From the NCBI GenBank assembly GCA_964428445.1, contig CAYRYC010000001.1, positions 13,704-77,703 on the forward strand: a stretch of 64,000 nucleotides of DNA. The letters run 5' to 3'. Of this stretch, positions 1 to 9,799 are shown one piece after another. Positions within the stretch are counted from its first letter, which is position 1, and each line of letters opens with the position of its first letter. The notes beneath the pieces are model-generated. The model saw only the letters and a program-made list of their open reading frames with translations. It was not told the origin of the DNA and made no database searches. This stretch comes from an uncultured Methanosarcinales archaeon (lineage in GTDB: Archaea; Nanobdellota; Nanobdellia; Woesearchaeales; SKGA01). The position numbers and the translations under genes were made by a program.

Positions 1-146
1 CATATTTTCACATCTTTTTTGATGAACAAATAGATTTGTTTTACGGAGATGGCTCTTCGTCCCTCAGAGACATCATAAAAATCATCTTGCATAAATCAGA
101 TGATTTTTGAATTCTGCTCCAAGGTAAAATCAATCTATTTGCTTTT

Positions 147-1538
147 TCATAAAGCTAATGCTTGTTGTAATCGTAATTTAATACCAAGGTGTGTTGGATA
201 AAGATCTGCTAGAGAGATAAGTAACTTTAGAGACTTTGCTTTTTCTTTTTTCTTCATAGCCTCAAGTGCATCTACATATTTTTCCATGGAGTCACTACTC
301 ATTTCCTTGTTTTCATGTTTTTTCATAAGAACTGCAGGTTTGTCTGATACATCTATGAATTGGTCTTTGGATTTTGATGTTGAAGATATTTGTCCTTTCA
401 ATGCCAGTGAAAGAATCTTTGCTGCGTTTTGTAATTGTTCATAGATTACTTTCTTTTCATCGTCGTGTTCTTTGAGTTTAATTGCGCGTGATCGAACATC
501 TTCATAAAGTCCTTTTGCTTTGTCGTAATCTTTTTGAGATAATGATTCTTTAAGATGGTGAATTTGTTCTTCAATCAGAAGAACTTCAGGAAGCTCTTGG
601 CTTCGTGTTGAAACAATCACTTTCTCCTTTTTAAGTTCAGGAATGAGTTTTGGAATAGTTTTAGACTCTAGCTTAGGCTCCGGTTTAGGAAGCATAACGG
701 GTTTAGCAGGAATATCACTAATAATTTCTTTAGAAGTTGAAGGTTTAGGTAAAGGTTTAGGCTGAATTACTTTAGTTTCTATTGCAGGAACAAATTCTCT
801 AGGAGCAGGCATCTTGCGTTCAACAGGTTTTTCTTTAAACTTAATGAGAGAGATTATTTCTGCTTTTTTATTCTTTAAAGAAATTATTTTTTCTTGAGCA
901 AGTTTTGCTTCTCTTCTTGCAAGTTCAGCTTCTGACTCTGCTCGCTTTAATTCTCCTTTCAAGATAACATGTTCTTCCTTAGCAAAAGCTTTTTTATTTT
1001 GTAATTCTCCTACAATAGTTTTCAAATCAATTATTTCATTTTTAAGACGAAGAATATCAGCACGATTAGGAGATTCCATCACGGTTTTTTGTGTTGGCAT
1101 TGAAGCTCTTAATTCTTGCATTCTGGTTTCTAATTCTTGTTCAACAAGTAATTTAATTTGAGTTCTGTCCATCGATTGCTGTGAAGGCGCTCTAGCAGCT
1201 TGTTGCACAGGCGCAACGCTTACATTCTGTTGTTTGTGAAGTACCTGTTCTTGAACTTCTTTAGGAGCATCAATTGTAGGAGTAGTTACAGGAGAAGTTT
1301 CTTCATATGTGGAACCAGAGGATTCTGAAGGAAATAAATCTAGATCTATGGTAACATTTTCGTCTGCTGGTTGAACAATGAACTGTTCTTGAGCTTCTGG
1401 TTTAGCTTCCCCATTATTTGCTTTGGCAAGAAGAAATGCAGTTTCATCTACAGCAGCTTTACTTTTTGCTGCAGTTTGAGAATCAAAGGATTCAAGAAAA
1501 TTAAGAGCATCTTTTTTTAGAAACTCATCTAATTTCAT
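147..1538 (-). CDS. Lys/Glu-rich coiled-coil protein of unknown function; last gene of a 4-gene minus-strand surface/pilus-like operon
   Basis: 463-aa ORF from track. Long heptad-like K/E-rich stretches (ELARREAKLAQEKIISLKNKK) and Pro/Lys-rich linker. Overlaps upstream gene by 4 nt (1535-1538). No recognisable catalytic motif. Confidence 0.45.
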   Translation of the reverse strand: MKLDEFLKKDALNFLESFDSQTAAKSKAAVDETAFLLAKANNGEAKPEAQEQFIVQPADENVTIDLDLFPSESSGSTYEETSPVTTPTIDAPKEVQEQVLHKQQNVSVAPVQQAARAPSQQSMDRTQIKLLVEQELETRMQELRASMPTQKTVMESPNRADILRLKNEIIDLKTIVGELQNKKAFAKEEHVILKGELKRAESEAELARREAKLAQEKIISLKNKKAEIISLIKFKEKPVERKMPAPREFVPAIETKVIQPKPLPKPSTSKEIISDIPAKPVMLPKPEPKLESKTIPKLIPELKKEKVIVSTRSQELPEVLLIEEQIHHLKESLSQKDYDKAKGLYEDVRSRAIKLKEHDDEKKVIYEQLQNAAKILSLALKGQISSTSKSKDQFIDVSDKPAVLMKKHENKEMSSDSMEKYVDALEAMKKKEKAKSLKLLISLADLYPTHLGIKLRLQQALAL

Positions 1539-1996
1539 TGCAGACCACCTGCTTGCAATGTTTTTCTTGTATATGTATCGAAGGCTTGTTCAGGAGATTC
1601 TTTAATAGGATGTTTTTTTGCTTCTAGCAAGAAAAATTCTTTTTGTCTTTGAACTGCAGCTAAGAGGTGTTGTTTCCAGAGAACTTTAACTTGATCTTCA
1701 GAAATCTTTTTCTTTTTTGCTGCATCGAAAAATTGTTGTCTAAAAAAGTCTAAAGTAACTAAGTCTTCTTTTGATTCAGTCTTTTCTTCAGTAGCTTTAT
1801 TTAAAAAAATATAAGGCTTAGTAAATTTATATTCTAAACCAATAACTCTTTCTTCAACTAGAAAATCCACCCATAATTGAAGTGTTTGTTCAGAAACTTT
1901 AATTGCAGTAGCGACATCTTTGAGACTGAGCTTTTCCTTATCCGCTAAAAACGATATAAGATCATCTACTCCGGTTTCTACTTGTGCGTCAGTCAT
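1535..1996 (-). CDS. hypothetical protein (154 aa from internal Met MTDAQVETG)
   Basis: Track ORF runs to 2182 but its first 62 codons overlap the 3' end of the upstream gene (stop 2091). The internal ATG at 1996 gives a compact gene with a 94-nt spacer. No recognisable domain. Confidence 0.4.
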   Translation of the reverse strand: MTDAQVETGVDDLISFLADKEKLSLKDVATAIKVSEQTLQLWVDFLVEERVIGLEYKFTKPYIFLNKATEEKTESKEDLVTLDFFRQQFFDAAKKKKISEDQVKVLWKQHLLAAVQRQKEFFLLEAKKHPIKESPEQAFDTYTRKTLQAGGLQ

Positions 1997-2090
1997 AACG
2001 GAAAAATAGCAAAAAACCCTTATAAAGATTGTTAACCATTGGATAGTAGTTTTCGCATAATTATCCCTAGGGTGGGGGAAAAACAGAGAA

Positions 2091-3128
2091 TTAAGAGACT
2101 GTGTATGTCGGAGAAGGGTTCCCCATGTCAATAAGATAAATTTCTTGAAGAAGCTGATCTGAAGGAATACCAGGACCACCAATTCGTTTTATGCTTGAAG
2201 TAGCATATGGGTTTTGATTTAGAAAATCATACTCAATACTTGATGAATGGTTATCTTGATAGACAGGACGATTAAGAAAAGTTTCATTCGCCGGAAGAAT
2301 AGAAGCTATACCATAAGGACTATTTTCAGGGAAACCTGTGGAGTTCGGCAAATTACCATTAAACAAATCAATTACTGAAGGAGATCTATTGTCATTGAAA
2401 TAATAATCATTTTGTATGAAATCTCTTACAGCAGATTGATCACCATTAAATCTAGCAATCTTATAATTATGACCAATAGGATAAGGAGGATACTGTATTG
2501 TTCTATTTGCAATAATTGGATGAGCCATACCATTCATAGGAACATGTCTTTGAATTACAATAAATCTATTCCAAGAATAACCGCTTCTTTCAATATAAAC
2601 ATTCATGGACAAATCTATTGTAAGCTCGAAAGGACTTTGTTGAGAAAGTTCTGCATCTACATTATCATAAGATATAGAAACATTGAACGTTTTCGAAGCT
2701 AAGAAAAATAAATCACTAACATATTTTGAGAATGAAAAGTTATAACCTACACCAGGAAGAGTAATACTGCTATCGCAAGGAAGAGGGGTTGCATTTATAG
2801 CAGAATTATATACATAAGTTGTTCCTTCAAAACAAGATTCAAATGATTCGGTGAAATTTTCAAAATAATAAGTTGAAGATACTGAAGAAATTTCTTGCTG
2901 TAATAAAGAGAACTGAGCCAATGAACCATAGGCTGCACGATCAACCGCATTAATAACTAATCTATCAAAATCTTTTACAAAAGAATCTACACGAGAAACT
3001 TCTGCTTTGATAATAGGAACTTTACGATCTAAAGGAACATGAGTCATACTTGAAAAAATAAGAATAAACAAAATAGACATCATGATAGCAATCATCGAGA
3101 AAACTTGTGCCCGTCTACTCATTGCCAT
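2091..3128 (-). CDS. secreted pilin-like glycoprotein with class III (type IV pilin-like) signal peptide
   Basis: N-terminus MAMSRRA|QVFSMIAIMMSILFILIF: basic n-region, Ala at -1 and Gln at +1, then a ~20-aa hydrophobic stretch. This fits the PibD/FlaK cleavage motif [KR][GA]|[QLIVF]. More than 9 N-x-S/T sequons. Confidence 0.5.
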   Translation of the reverse strand: MAMSRRAQVFSMIAIMMSILFILIFSSMTHVPLDRKVPIIKAEVSRVDSFVKDFDRLVINAVDRAAYGSLAQFSLLQQEISSVSSTYYFENFTESFESCFEGTTYVYNSAINATPLPCDSSITLPGVGYNFSFSKYVSDLFFLASKTFNVSISYDNVDAELSQQSPFELTIDLSMNVYIERSGYSWNRFIVIQRHVPMNGMAHPIIANRTIQYPPYPIGHNYKIARFNGDQSAVRDFIQNDYYFNDNRSPSVIDLFNGNLPNSTGFPENSPYGIASILPANETFLNRPVYQDNHSSSIEYDFLNQNPYATSSIKRIGGPGIPSDQLLQEIYLIDMGNPSPTYTVS

Positions 3129-3613
3129 ACGACCACCTCAGAAATTACTGGCTCTAAAACAAAAGTGATATTGGGAGCAAGAGAAGTTATTTTTCTTCTT
3201 GAAAGTTTAGTAACGCTCTCATTGTAAAAACCAAGAGCTGCGTCTCTTTCATAAATAACAGTTTCATTAATAGAATATGAAATTCCAAATGTTGGCGGAA
3301 GCCAGGATGTTGCATTACCAACAAGAAGAGCAGAATGATTCAACCAAAATTCCTCTCCATCAACAAGCCCAATCCATTCTGAATGAAGAAGCCAAATATA
3401 CTCATCCAATGTGAGATAAGGATTATAAGTTACATTATTATATCGCAATAAATTTAATTCAGCATTGTTTGTCCCTATATCTTGAAGTTCAGTTGTGAAA
3501 ATATCAGAATAAACGTTATCAATTGTTTGTGTGACGCCTTCCATTGAAGGAGTGAAGGAATTAAAAGAGAAGAGCATGAGAATAGAAATTAAGAATATAA
3601 ATGATCCTATCAT
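3119..3613 (-). CDS. N-terminally anchored secreted/membrane glycoprotein (possible minor pilin)
   Basis: 164-aa ORF. N-terminal hydrophobic helix MIGSFIFLISILMLFSF with no charged n-region. At least 6 N-x-S/T sequons. First gene of the operon, overlapping the next by 10 nt. Confidence 0.4.
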   Translation of the reverse strand: MIGSFIFLISILMLFSFNSFTPSMEGVTQTIDNVYSDIFTTELQDIGTNNAELNLLRYNNVTYNPYLTLDEYIWLLHSEWIGLVDGEEFWLNHSALLVGNATSWLPPTFGISYSINETVIYERDAALGFYNESVTKLSRRKITSLAPNITFVLEPVISEVVVWQ

Positions 3614-3741
3614 AACATCTATTAGAAAAAAGTAAACTCCTTTTTTGTTCCTTAGAATAATTCACACCTCTTTACTATAATACAAATTAAATAGTTTAAA
3701 AAGCTTTGCGAATGTGTCTAAATAGCTCTACAAGCAACAAT

Positions 3742-3749
3742 TTTATAAA
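3742..3749 (+). promoter_or_regulatory. TATA box (TTTATAAA) ~26 nt upstream of polB ATG; implies leaderless mRNA
   Basis: tttataaa at 3742-3749; ATG at 3772. The same spacing recurs at many genes in the window. Confidence 0.45.
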
Positions 3750-3771
3750 CATCCTCGTTAACAGCTAATCC

Positions 3772-6204
3772 ATGAAGGAATACATAGGATTCATCGTTAA
3801 CGCCCACTACGAGATTGTAGAAGAAACTTGCAAACAAAGTGAACGCAAGGGTGAGAACGAAAGTAAACACAGTGAACAAAAAGCAATAATTCATATCTAT
3901 GGGCGATTCAAGAACGGAAAATCCTTTGAAGCAATAACTTCAACAGCAGCATATTTCTTTATCAAAAAAGAAGACGAGATGAAAGCTAAGAAAATTCTCC
4001 ATATAGAAACATCTCCAACAGAACTATGGAATCTTAAAGAGGAAGAAGTTGTAAAAGTTTCTGCAAATAGTCCTAAAGATGTTCCTAAACTAAGAAAACT
4101 TTTCGAAGATCATAATATTCCTTGTTTCGAAGCAGACATACGATTTGTTCGAAGATACTTTATTGATAAACACATTCTTTCAACAATCACAATAAAAGGA
4201 GAATCAAGTGCAGGACAATACACTGATTTGTATTTTGATCATCCAGAAATATCTCCAGGGCCAAAGGAGAATCCTGTTGAGCCAACAATGCTTTCTTTCG
4301 ATATAGAAACAGACGAAGAAGCGAGCAAATTATATTCTATTTCATTATATAGCAAAAAAATAAAAAAAGTTTTTATTGTTGAAAACGCAGCCATAAAAAA
4401 AACAAAACTGAAAGGAGCAGAAGTTTTTAAGAACGAAAAAGAGCTATTACAAAAATTCATTGAAGAAGTTAACAGAGATGACCCTGATGTATTAGTCGGA
4501 TGGCATGTAATTGATTTTGACTTAATGGTACTTGCAAAGAAAGCCAAAGAATACGACTTACCATTCAACCTAGGGAGAACAGCAAATAATTCAACACTAA
4601 GAATTAACTCCTCATTTTTCCGAGACTCAAGTGCAAACTGCGAAGGAAGAGTAGTTCTTGATGGCATTCAAGTATTAAAATCATCATTTGTAAAGCTCGA
4701 TGATTACAAGCTAAACACAGCAGCAAAACATTTCTTGAAAGATTCAAAACTCATTACAGAAAATAATCGTGGCGGAATTATAAATAAAATGTATAAAGAA
4801 AAACCGCAAAAACTTGTTGACTATAATCTAAAAGATTCAGAATTGGTTTTTAATATTTTTCACGCGTCAAAAACATTTGAACTTACAGTCCAACGATCAA
4901 TGTTAACAGGAATGCGAATGGATGAAGTCAAAGCAAGCATAGCAAGTTTTGATTCATTATTTTTACGAGCATTAAGAAAAAGAAATCATGTTGCTCCATC
5001 AACCCGATCGGTTAACGATGAAGAAGGCATAGGTGGATTTGTCATGGAATCAAAACCAGGAATTTATGATCAAGTTATTGTTTTAGATTTTAAATCTCTG
5101 TATCCTTCTCTAATGCAAACATTCAACATAGATCCGCTAGAATATGCAGGAACTGTTGATGAAGTTAAGAAAAAAGGGGAAAATCCTGCAGACACAAGCA
5201 AATATTCTATTTCACCAAATGATGCCGTTTTCAAAATAACTAAAGAAGGAATTTTGCCGCAGATGCTTACAGAATTATTAGCTGAAAGAGCAAAAGCTAA
5301 AAAACAAAAAAAAGATCTTTCTCAGTACGCAATTAAAATTTTAATGAACTCTATGTATGGAGTTTTAGCTAGTCGTAATTCTAGATTCCACATTCGAAAC
5401 ATGTCGAATTCAATAACATCATTCGCGCAGTTTTTTATTAAACTAACCGCAGAAGAACTAAAAAAGGACGGCTACGACGTCATTTACGGAGATACTGATT
5501 CTGTATTTATAGATATTAAAACTAAAGATACAAAAGAAGCTGAAAAAATAGGTCATAAAATTGAGAAAGATCTTAATGAACATTTTACAAAATTCATTAA
5601 AGAAAAATATGACCGAGAAAGTATGCTCGAATTAGAATTTGAAAAACAATTCGTAAAATTCTTCATGCCAACAGTTCGTGGTGGAGAAGGAGGAGCAAAG
5701 AAGCGTTACGCTGGACTTAAACTAAGTATAGGTGAACACGATAAGAAACCAGTTATGGACTTTACAGGTTTGGAGTTTGTTCGACGAGATTGGACGGATG
5801 TTTCAAAAGAATTCCAATTAAAATTACTTAATCTTGTATTTAGTGAAAAACCTGTTGAAGATTTCGTAAAAAAGTTTGTCGAAGATCTGAAGGCAGGAAA
5901 ATACGATGAATTGCTTGTTTATAGAAAATCTCTAAGAAAAAAAGTTGAAGAATATACAAAAACAACACCGCCACATGTAAAAGCAGCAAAGCTTCTTAAG
6001 AAAATTGAAAGTAATTTAATTGAATATGTAATTACTAAAGATGGACCTCAACCAGTACAAAACACCAAATCAGCACTTGATTATGATCATTATATTGAGA
6101 AACAAATTAAACCTATTGCAAATAGCGTTTTAGAATTGAAAGGAACTACGTTCGAAGATGCTGTGAAAGGCAGTAAACAGAAAGGTTTAGGCGGATTCTT
6201 TTAA
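3772..6204 (+). CDS. polB: family B DNA polymerase (archaeal PolB)
   Basis: 810 aa. Exo I FDIETD, motif A LDFKSLYPSLM, motif C VIYGDTDSVFI, KKRYAG (KxY) motif. No intein-sized insertion. Confidence 0.9.
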   Translation: MKEYIGFIVNAHYEIVEETCKQSERKGENESKHSEQKAIIHIYGRFKNGKSFEAITSTAAYFFIKKEDEMKAKKILHIETSPTELWNLKEEEVVKVSANSPKDVPKLRKLFEDHNIPCFEADIRFVRRYFIDKHILSTITIKGESSAGQYTDLYFDHPEISPGPKENPVEPTMLSFDIETDEEASKLYSISLYSKKIKKVFIVENAAIKKTKLKGAEVFKNEKELLQKFIEEVNRDDPDVLVGWHVIDFDLMVLAKKAKEYDLPFNLGRTANNSTLRINSSFFRDSSANCEGRVVLDGIQVLKSSFVKLDDYKLNTAAKHFLKDSKLITENNRGGIINKMYKEKPQKLVDYNLKDSELVFNIFHASKTFELTVQRSMLTGMRMDEVKASIASFDSLFLRALRKRNHVAPSTRSVNDEEGIGGFVMESKPGIYDQVIVLDFKSLYPSLMQTFNIDPLEYAGTVDEVKKKGENPADTSKYSISPNDAVFKITKEGILPQMLTELLAERAKAKKQKKDLSQYAIKILMNSMYGVLASRNSRFHIRNMSNSITSFAQFFIKLTAEELKKDGYDVIYGDTDSVFIDIKTKDTKEAEKIGHKIEKDLNEHFTKFIKEKYDRESMLELEFEKQFVKFFMPTVRGGEGGAKKRYAGLKLSIGEHDKKPVMDFTGLEFVRRDWTDVSKEFQLKLLNLVFSEKPVEDFVKKFVEDLKAGKYDELLVYRKSLRKKVEEYTKTTPPHVKAAKLLKKIESNLIEYVITKDGPQPVQNTKSALDYDHYIEKQIKPIANSVLELKGTTFEDAVKGSKQKGLGGFF

Positions 6205-7352
6205 TCTAGTATCCAAAAATAATTCATTTCAAAACCTCTTTCATTCATTCTCGATTCAAAATCTTTTTTATCTAACTCATTAACTTTAAACTGTGCCTTG
6301 ATTTGATTATTATTTTTATGCAGTTTGTATCCTCCAGGTTTTACATTTCCACAATTATATGTATAAAAATCACCACCGAGAACATTTCTCATATTTAATT
6401 CATGAGTTTCTCTTGTTTGTAACCATCGCCCTATCAATGGTTCTGCTAACTTATAAGTCATTAAAGCCAACTCATATTGCTGATTAGTAACTAAATTAAA
6501 AGAAGAATTCTTTATTCTGGGAGTGCCAAACATTCTAGGTTTAAATCCATATTCCAATTGTAAATATCTTGCTTTTGCTATTTGCATCAATACATCATAT
6601 TTGAAATCACTAAGACCAAATAGACAACCTGTTGAGACTTCTAATCCTGCCTGCATTGCTTTGTCATGTGTGTTGATTCGTTCTCGAAAATTTGATTTAT
6701 ATTTACTTCCCTGATGCAAATTATGAAATTGTTTCTCATCAAGAGTTTCATCCCATTGAACTACACCCCAAAGACCTGCACGTTTTAATTCATCATATTC
6801 TTCTTTGGAGAAATAATTTGAACAAAGTAAAACTCCAGAACCAATTTCTCCTTGTAAACTAGATTCCGCTTTGGAAATATATTCTCCTAATTTAACAGCA
6901 GAGAAATTTATATCTGAAGATAGCGTTAATTCAATCACTTTATTTCCTTGTGAAATAACTTCTTCAAGTTCTGTTTCAAATTCATCTATAGATAGGCGTG
7001 TTCTTGACAATTTAGAAGTATTTGAAAAATCACAATATTTACAAGCATCAACACAATAATTTGATAAATATATTGGTGCGATGTGATTGAGAGTTTTATT
7101 TTTTGGTTTTGAACTTATATTTTTAAATTTTTTATAAAAAAGTTCGTTTAACTGAGTGAATGTGTTATTAGTTGTAAAAAGAATTTTAGCGTATGTTTCT
7201 AAAGATGTTGATTCTGTATGTACTAAATCACATATTTCACTTGTATCAGAAGGTTCTTTTGTGTTAGAAAGGATTGTTCTCACTTTTTTATCAAGTTCGT
7301 CATATATGTCGCTAAACATTTTTCTTTCCTCTGACAGCCACCCATAATTCAC
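6201..7352 (-). CDS. radical SAM enzyme, ThiH/HydG/BioB-like family
   Basis: APIYLSNYCVDACKYCDF carries the CxxxCxxC cluster motif in the PLYLSNxCxNxCxYCxF context typical of ThiH/HydG-type enzymes. 383 aa. Confidence 0.6.
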   Translation of the reverse strand: MNYGWLSEERKMFSDIYDELDKKVRTILSNTKEPSDTSEICDLVHTESTSLETYAKILFTTNNTFTQLNELFYKKFKNISSKPKNKTLNHIAPIYLSNYCVDACKYCDFSNTSKLSRTRLSIDEFETELEEVISQGNKVIELTLSSDINFSAVKLGEYISKAESSLQGEIGSGVLLCSNYFSKEEYDELKRAGLWGVVQWDETLDEKQFHNLHQGSKYKSNFRERINTHDKAMQAGLEVSTGCLFGLSDFKYDVLMQIAKARYLQLEYGFKPRMFGTPRIKNSSFNLVTNQQYELALMTYKLAEPLIGRWLQTRETHELNMRNVLGGDFYTYNCGNVKPGGYKLHKNNNQIKAQFKVNELDKKDFESRMNERGFEMNYFWILD

Positions 7353-7968
7353 CTACAGGATCTATTGAAAGAACATTTATTCCTGCAATAGTATAATATT
7401 CAGCAATTTCTTTGCTACTTGGTCGTCTCGTGTTTTTATCAGTTACAAGTTCTGAGTCTGTCAAATGCACTATATTGATTCCTATTGAGAGATAATATTT
7501 TTTAAGAAACTCAGTTGTTGATGACTTACTATTCCAAAAAATGGAGATGATTTCTTCTTGAGTTATTCGTTTTTGTTCTTGTAGAAAAGTATTTATTGAA
7601 TCTTTTTGCATGCATCCTACAAAGTTGTATGTTGAATATGTTGTTGTAAAGAACTCATTTTCAAAAGTGGTGTTGGATGCATTTTTAACTAAAAATGAAA
7701 TATTTTGTATGTTTTGTTGCTCTTTTGCTCCTTTTATCATTCGTTTATCAAAATCAATCCCGTAGAATTGTTTATTTTCAAAAGTTCTTGCTAAATCTAG
7801 GAGGGGTCGTCCAACCCCACATCCAATATCAAGGATTCTTGATTTTGAAGAAAGTTTCTTAATTATGTTAGACAAATATGTTTTCTCGGCTTGAAACGTT
7901 CTAGCTAAATCAGGTAAAGGATGATTAATTCCTTTAAGATACGCTTCATAATAATTACAACGACTCAT
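7312..7968 (-). CDS. class I SAM-dependent methyltransferase
   Basis: Motif I ILDIGCGVGRPLLDLA. 218 aa. Its 3' end overlaps the radical SAM gene by 41 nt, so the two are likely co-transcribed. Confidence 0.6.
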   Translation of the reverse strand: MSRCNYYEAYLKGINHPLPDLARTFQAEKTYLSNIIKKLSSKSRILDIGCGVGRPLLDLARTFENKQFYGIDFDKRMIKGAKEQQNIQNISFLVKNASNTTFENEFFTTTYSTYNFVGCMQKDSINTFLQEQKRITQEEIISIFWNSKSSTTEFLKKYYLSIGINIVHLTDSELVTDKNTRRPSSKEIAEYYTIAGINVLSIDPVGELWVAVRGKKNV

Positions 7969-8037
7969 TTTATTACTTATAAGTGGTTTTCTTTATTTGA
8001 AACTTTTTATTGAAAATTTGCACAAAAAGAGAAAAAT

Positions 8038-8045
8038 TTATATAA
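8038..8045 (+). promoter_or_regulatory. TATA box ~26 nt upstream of Lrp-like gene ATG
   Basis: aaatttatataataa; ATG at 8068. Confidence 0.4.
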
Positions 8046-8067
8046 TAATGTCTTTTTGTAACATATT

Positions 8068-9042
8068 ATGATTTTAGATGTAAAAGATAAGAAATTGCTT
8101 TTTGAAATAGATTTTAATGCAAGAAGAACCTATGCAGAACTAGCTAAAGTTCTTGGAATGAGTAAAAGAGGCGTAGAATACAAACTTCAAAATCTGGAGA
8201 AAAAAAACATAATTTTAGGATATTCTCCAATAATAGATATAACAAGCTTCGGGTTTAATTATTACAGAGTGTTCATTGAGTTTCAAAACCTTACCAAAGA
8301 ATTAAAAAAAGAAATAGAAAAATATATTCGACAAGACAATAATATTGGATGGGCAATCTGGACATACGGAACATACAGCATAGGATTCACCATATGGGCA
8401 AAAACAGTAACAGAATTCAAAGAAATAATAAACAAATTCTACTTCTCGTTTGGAAAATACATCAAAGAACGAACAGAATCAATAGCAACAGAAGTACAAT
8501 TCTATAAAAACAAATTCTTACTGAGCAAAAATAGTGAAGACGTCCTTATTATTAAAGAAAAGAAAAAACAACAAAACTACGATGAATTGGATATAAAGAT
8601 ACTAAAAGAAATTATTAGAGAGCCTAGAGCTAAAATAATAACAATTTCAAGTAAACTAGGAGAACCAACAAAAAAAATAAGTTATAGATTGAAAAAATTA
8701 TATGTTAATAAAATACTTCTAGGAGTTAGACCATTACTTAATCATCAACTATTAGGAAAAACGTACTATAAACTTTTCATAAATCTAAATAATACAAATA
8801 AAGAACAAATAAAGAAACTAGAAACATATGTGGCCAATGACAAAAAAGTAATATATATAGTAAAGGCACTAGGAACTTGCGATTTTGATGTTGAATTAAT
8901 GGTCAATTCAAACGAAGAGCTATTTGAGTTCATAAACAACATACAAGAAAAATTTCCAGGAACAATAAAAGATTATAAGACAACAATACTAACTAAAACA
9001 ATAAAAGCAAAATTTTTACCAGAAAAAGTAGAATTTAAATAA
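8068..9042 (+). CDS. Lrp/AsnC-family transcriptional regulator with tandem duplicated HTH-ligand modules
   Basis: Two AsnC-type HTH segments: LDVKDKKLLFEIDFNARRTYAELAKVLGMSKRGVEYKLQNLEKKNII and LDIKILKEIIREPRAKIITISSKLGEPTKKISYRLKKL. Confidence 0.6.
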   Translation: MILDVKDKKLLFEIDFNARRTYAELAKVLGMSKRGVEYKLQNLEKKNIILGYSPIIDITSFGFNYYRVFIEFQNLTKELKKEIEKYIRQDNNIGWAIWTYGTYSIGFTIWAKTVTEFKEIINKFYFSFGKYIKERTESIATEVQFYKNKFLLSKNSEDVLIIKEKKKQQNYDELDIKILKEIIREPRAKIITISSKLGEPTKKISYRLKKLYVNKILLGVRPLLNHQLLGKTYYKLFINLNNTNKEQIKKLETYVANDKKVIYIVKALGTCDFDVELMVNSNEELFEFINNIQEKFPGTIKDYKTTILTKTIKAKFLPEKVEFK

Positions 9043-9270
9043 TCACTCAATAAATTCAAATCTCTTCATGGTTTTACCATCGCGTTCTATTGTTTCTAAG
9101 AATTCATCTTTTGGACGAGTCCACAAAGATCCTGCTTTGAAGTCGCCAAAATCATGAAGTTTCTTGTAAATAACTACATCCTTTAGAGTTTCACTGTCTT
9201 TACCTACGCCAATAACTTCAACTAGAAGATCTTTGAAATGTTTATATTTACCTAATTTAACTTCAGACAC
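9043..9270 (-). CDS. DUF1653-family small protein
   Basis: 75 aa. GKYKHFKD...VIYKKLHDFG...SLWTRPKDEF matches the DUF1653 pattern (GxYxHYKG ... WxRP). Confidence 0.5.
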   Translation of the reverse strand: MSEVKLGKYKHFKDLLVEVIGVGKDSETLKDVVIYKKLHDFGDFKAGSLWTRPKDEFLETIERDGKTMKRFEFIE

Positions 9271-9280
9271 AAAATCACCA

Positions 9281-9799
9281 CTAATGGAAGCTTTCCATGT
9301 TCAAATAAGATCTAATATGATCTTGGAATTTACTATATTGAGCCTTAGATCTTTCAATAGCTCTGTTGATATAACTCTTAAAGACAAATCTGTCAATAAC
9401 AGTTCTTAAGAAATAGAGAAATGCTTTTTGTTCGAAACTTTTATCATAATCTGTTGCTAGAAATACATCGGTACAGAATTCAATTTCTCCTTTATACATT
9501 TTAACACGTTGATTATCTCTTTCAACAACAGTTTCTTTAAGTTTAAGACAAGTAATTTTTGTTTTCCATCGAATTTGTGCAAAATCAGAGAGATCTTTTT
9601 CTCCATGAATTTCAACAATAATTTCTTTTCCTTCCTCAAAATTCTGTTCCATATGTTTTTTTTCATAGGGCTTGTAATCCTGCTCCATAAGCCAATCTGT
9701 AGCAACTCTATAAACTCCTTTCACATCTATAAGACCAGCATAAGAAAACTTTTTCTGCCAAAGGATTGTTCGTAATTCTGCCATTGTACGTTTAAACAC
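9281..9799 (-). CDS. hypothetical protein
   Basis: 172-aa ORF overlapping the upstream gene by 8 nt. No motif recognised. Weakly resembles the neighbouring 180-aa protein (possible tandem paralogues). Confidence 0.4.
   Translation of the reverse strand: MFKRTMAELRTILWQKKFSYAGLIDVKGVYRVATDWLMEQDYKPYEKKHMEQNFEEGKEIIVEIHGEKDLSDFAQIRWKTKITCLKLKETVVERDNQRVKMYKGEIEFCTDVFLATDYDKSFEQKAFLYFLRTVIDRFVFKSYINRAIERSKAQYSKFQDHIRSYLNMESFH

Noticed and set aside
1-146. Possible 3' end of a further minus-strand gene at the window edge
   Set aside because: The ORF track has no call, and the visible sequence is too short to assess.
2412-2702. Plus-strand 96-aa ORF inside the pilin-like gene
   Set aside because: It is antisense to a longer, well-formed minus-strand gene. 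The sequence is low-complexity and Ile/Arg-rich, typical of AT-rich antisense frames.
4239-4667. Minus-strand 142-aa ORF inside polB
   Set aside because: It is antisense to polB, which has all the catalytic motifs. It is a spurious frame.
3772-6204. Possible intein in PolB (also considered for GyrB at 36177-38120)
   Set aside because: Protein lengths (810 and 647 aa) are normal, and catalytic motifs are contiguous without a Cys/Ser...HN splice-junction insert.
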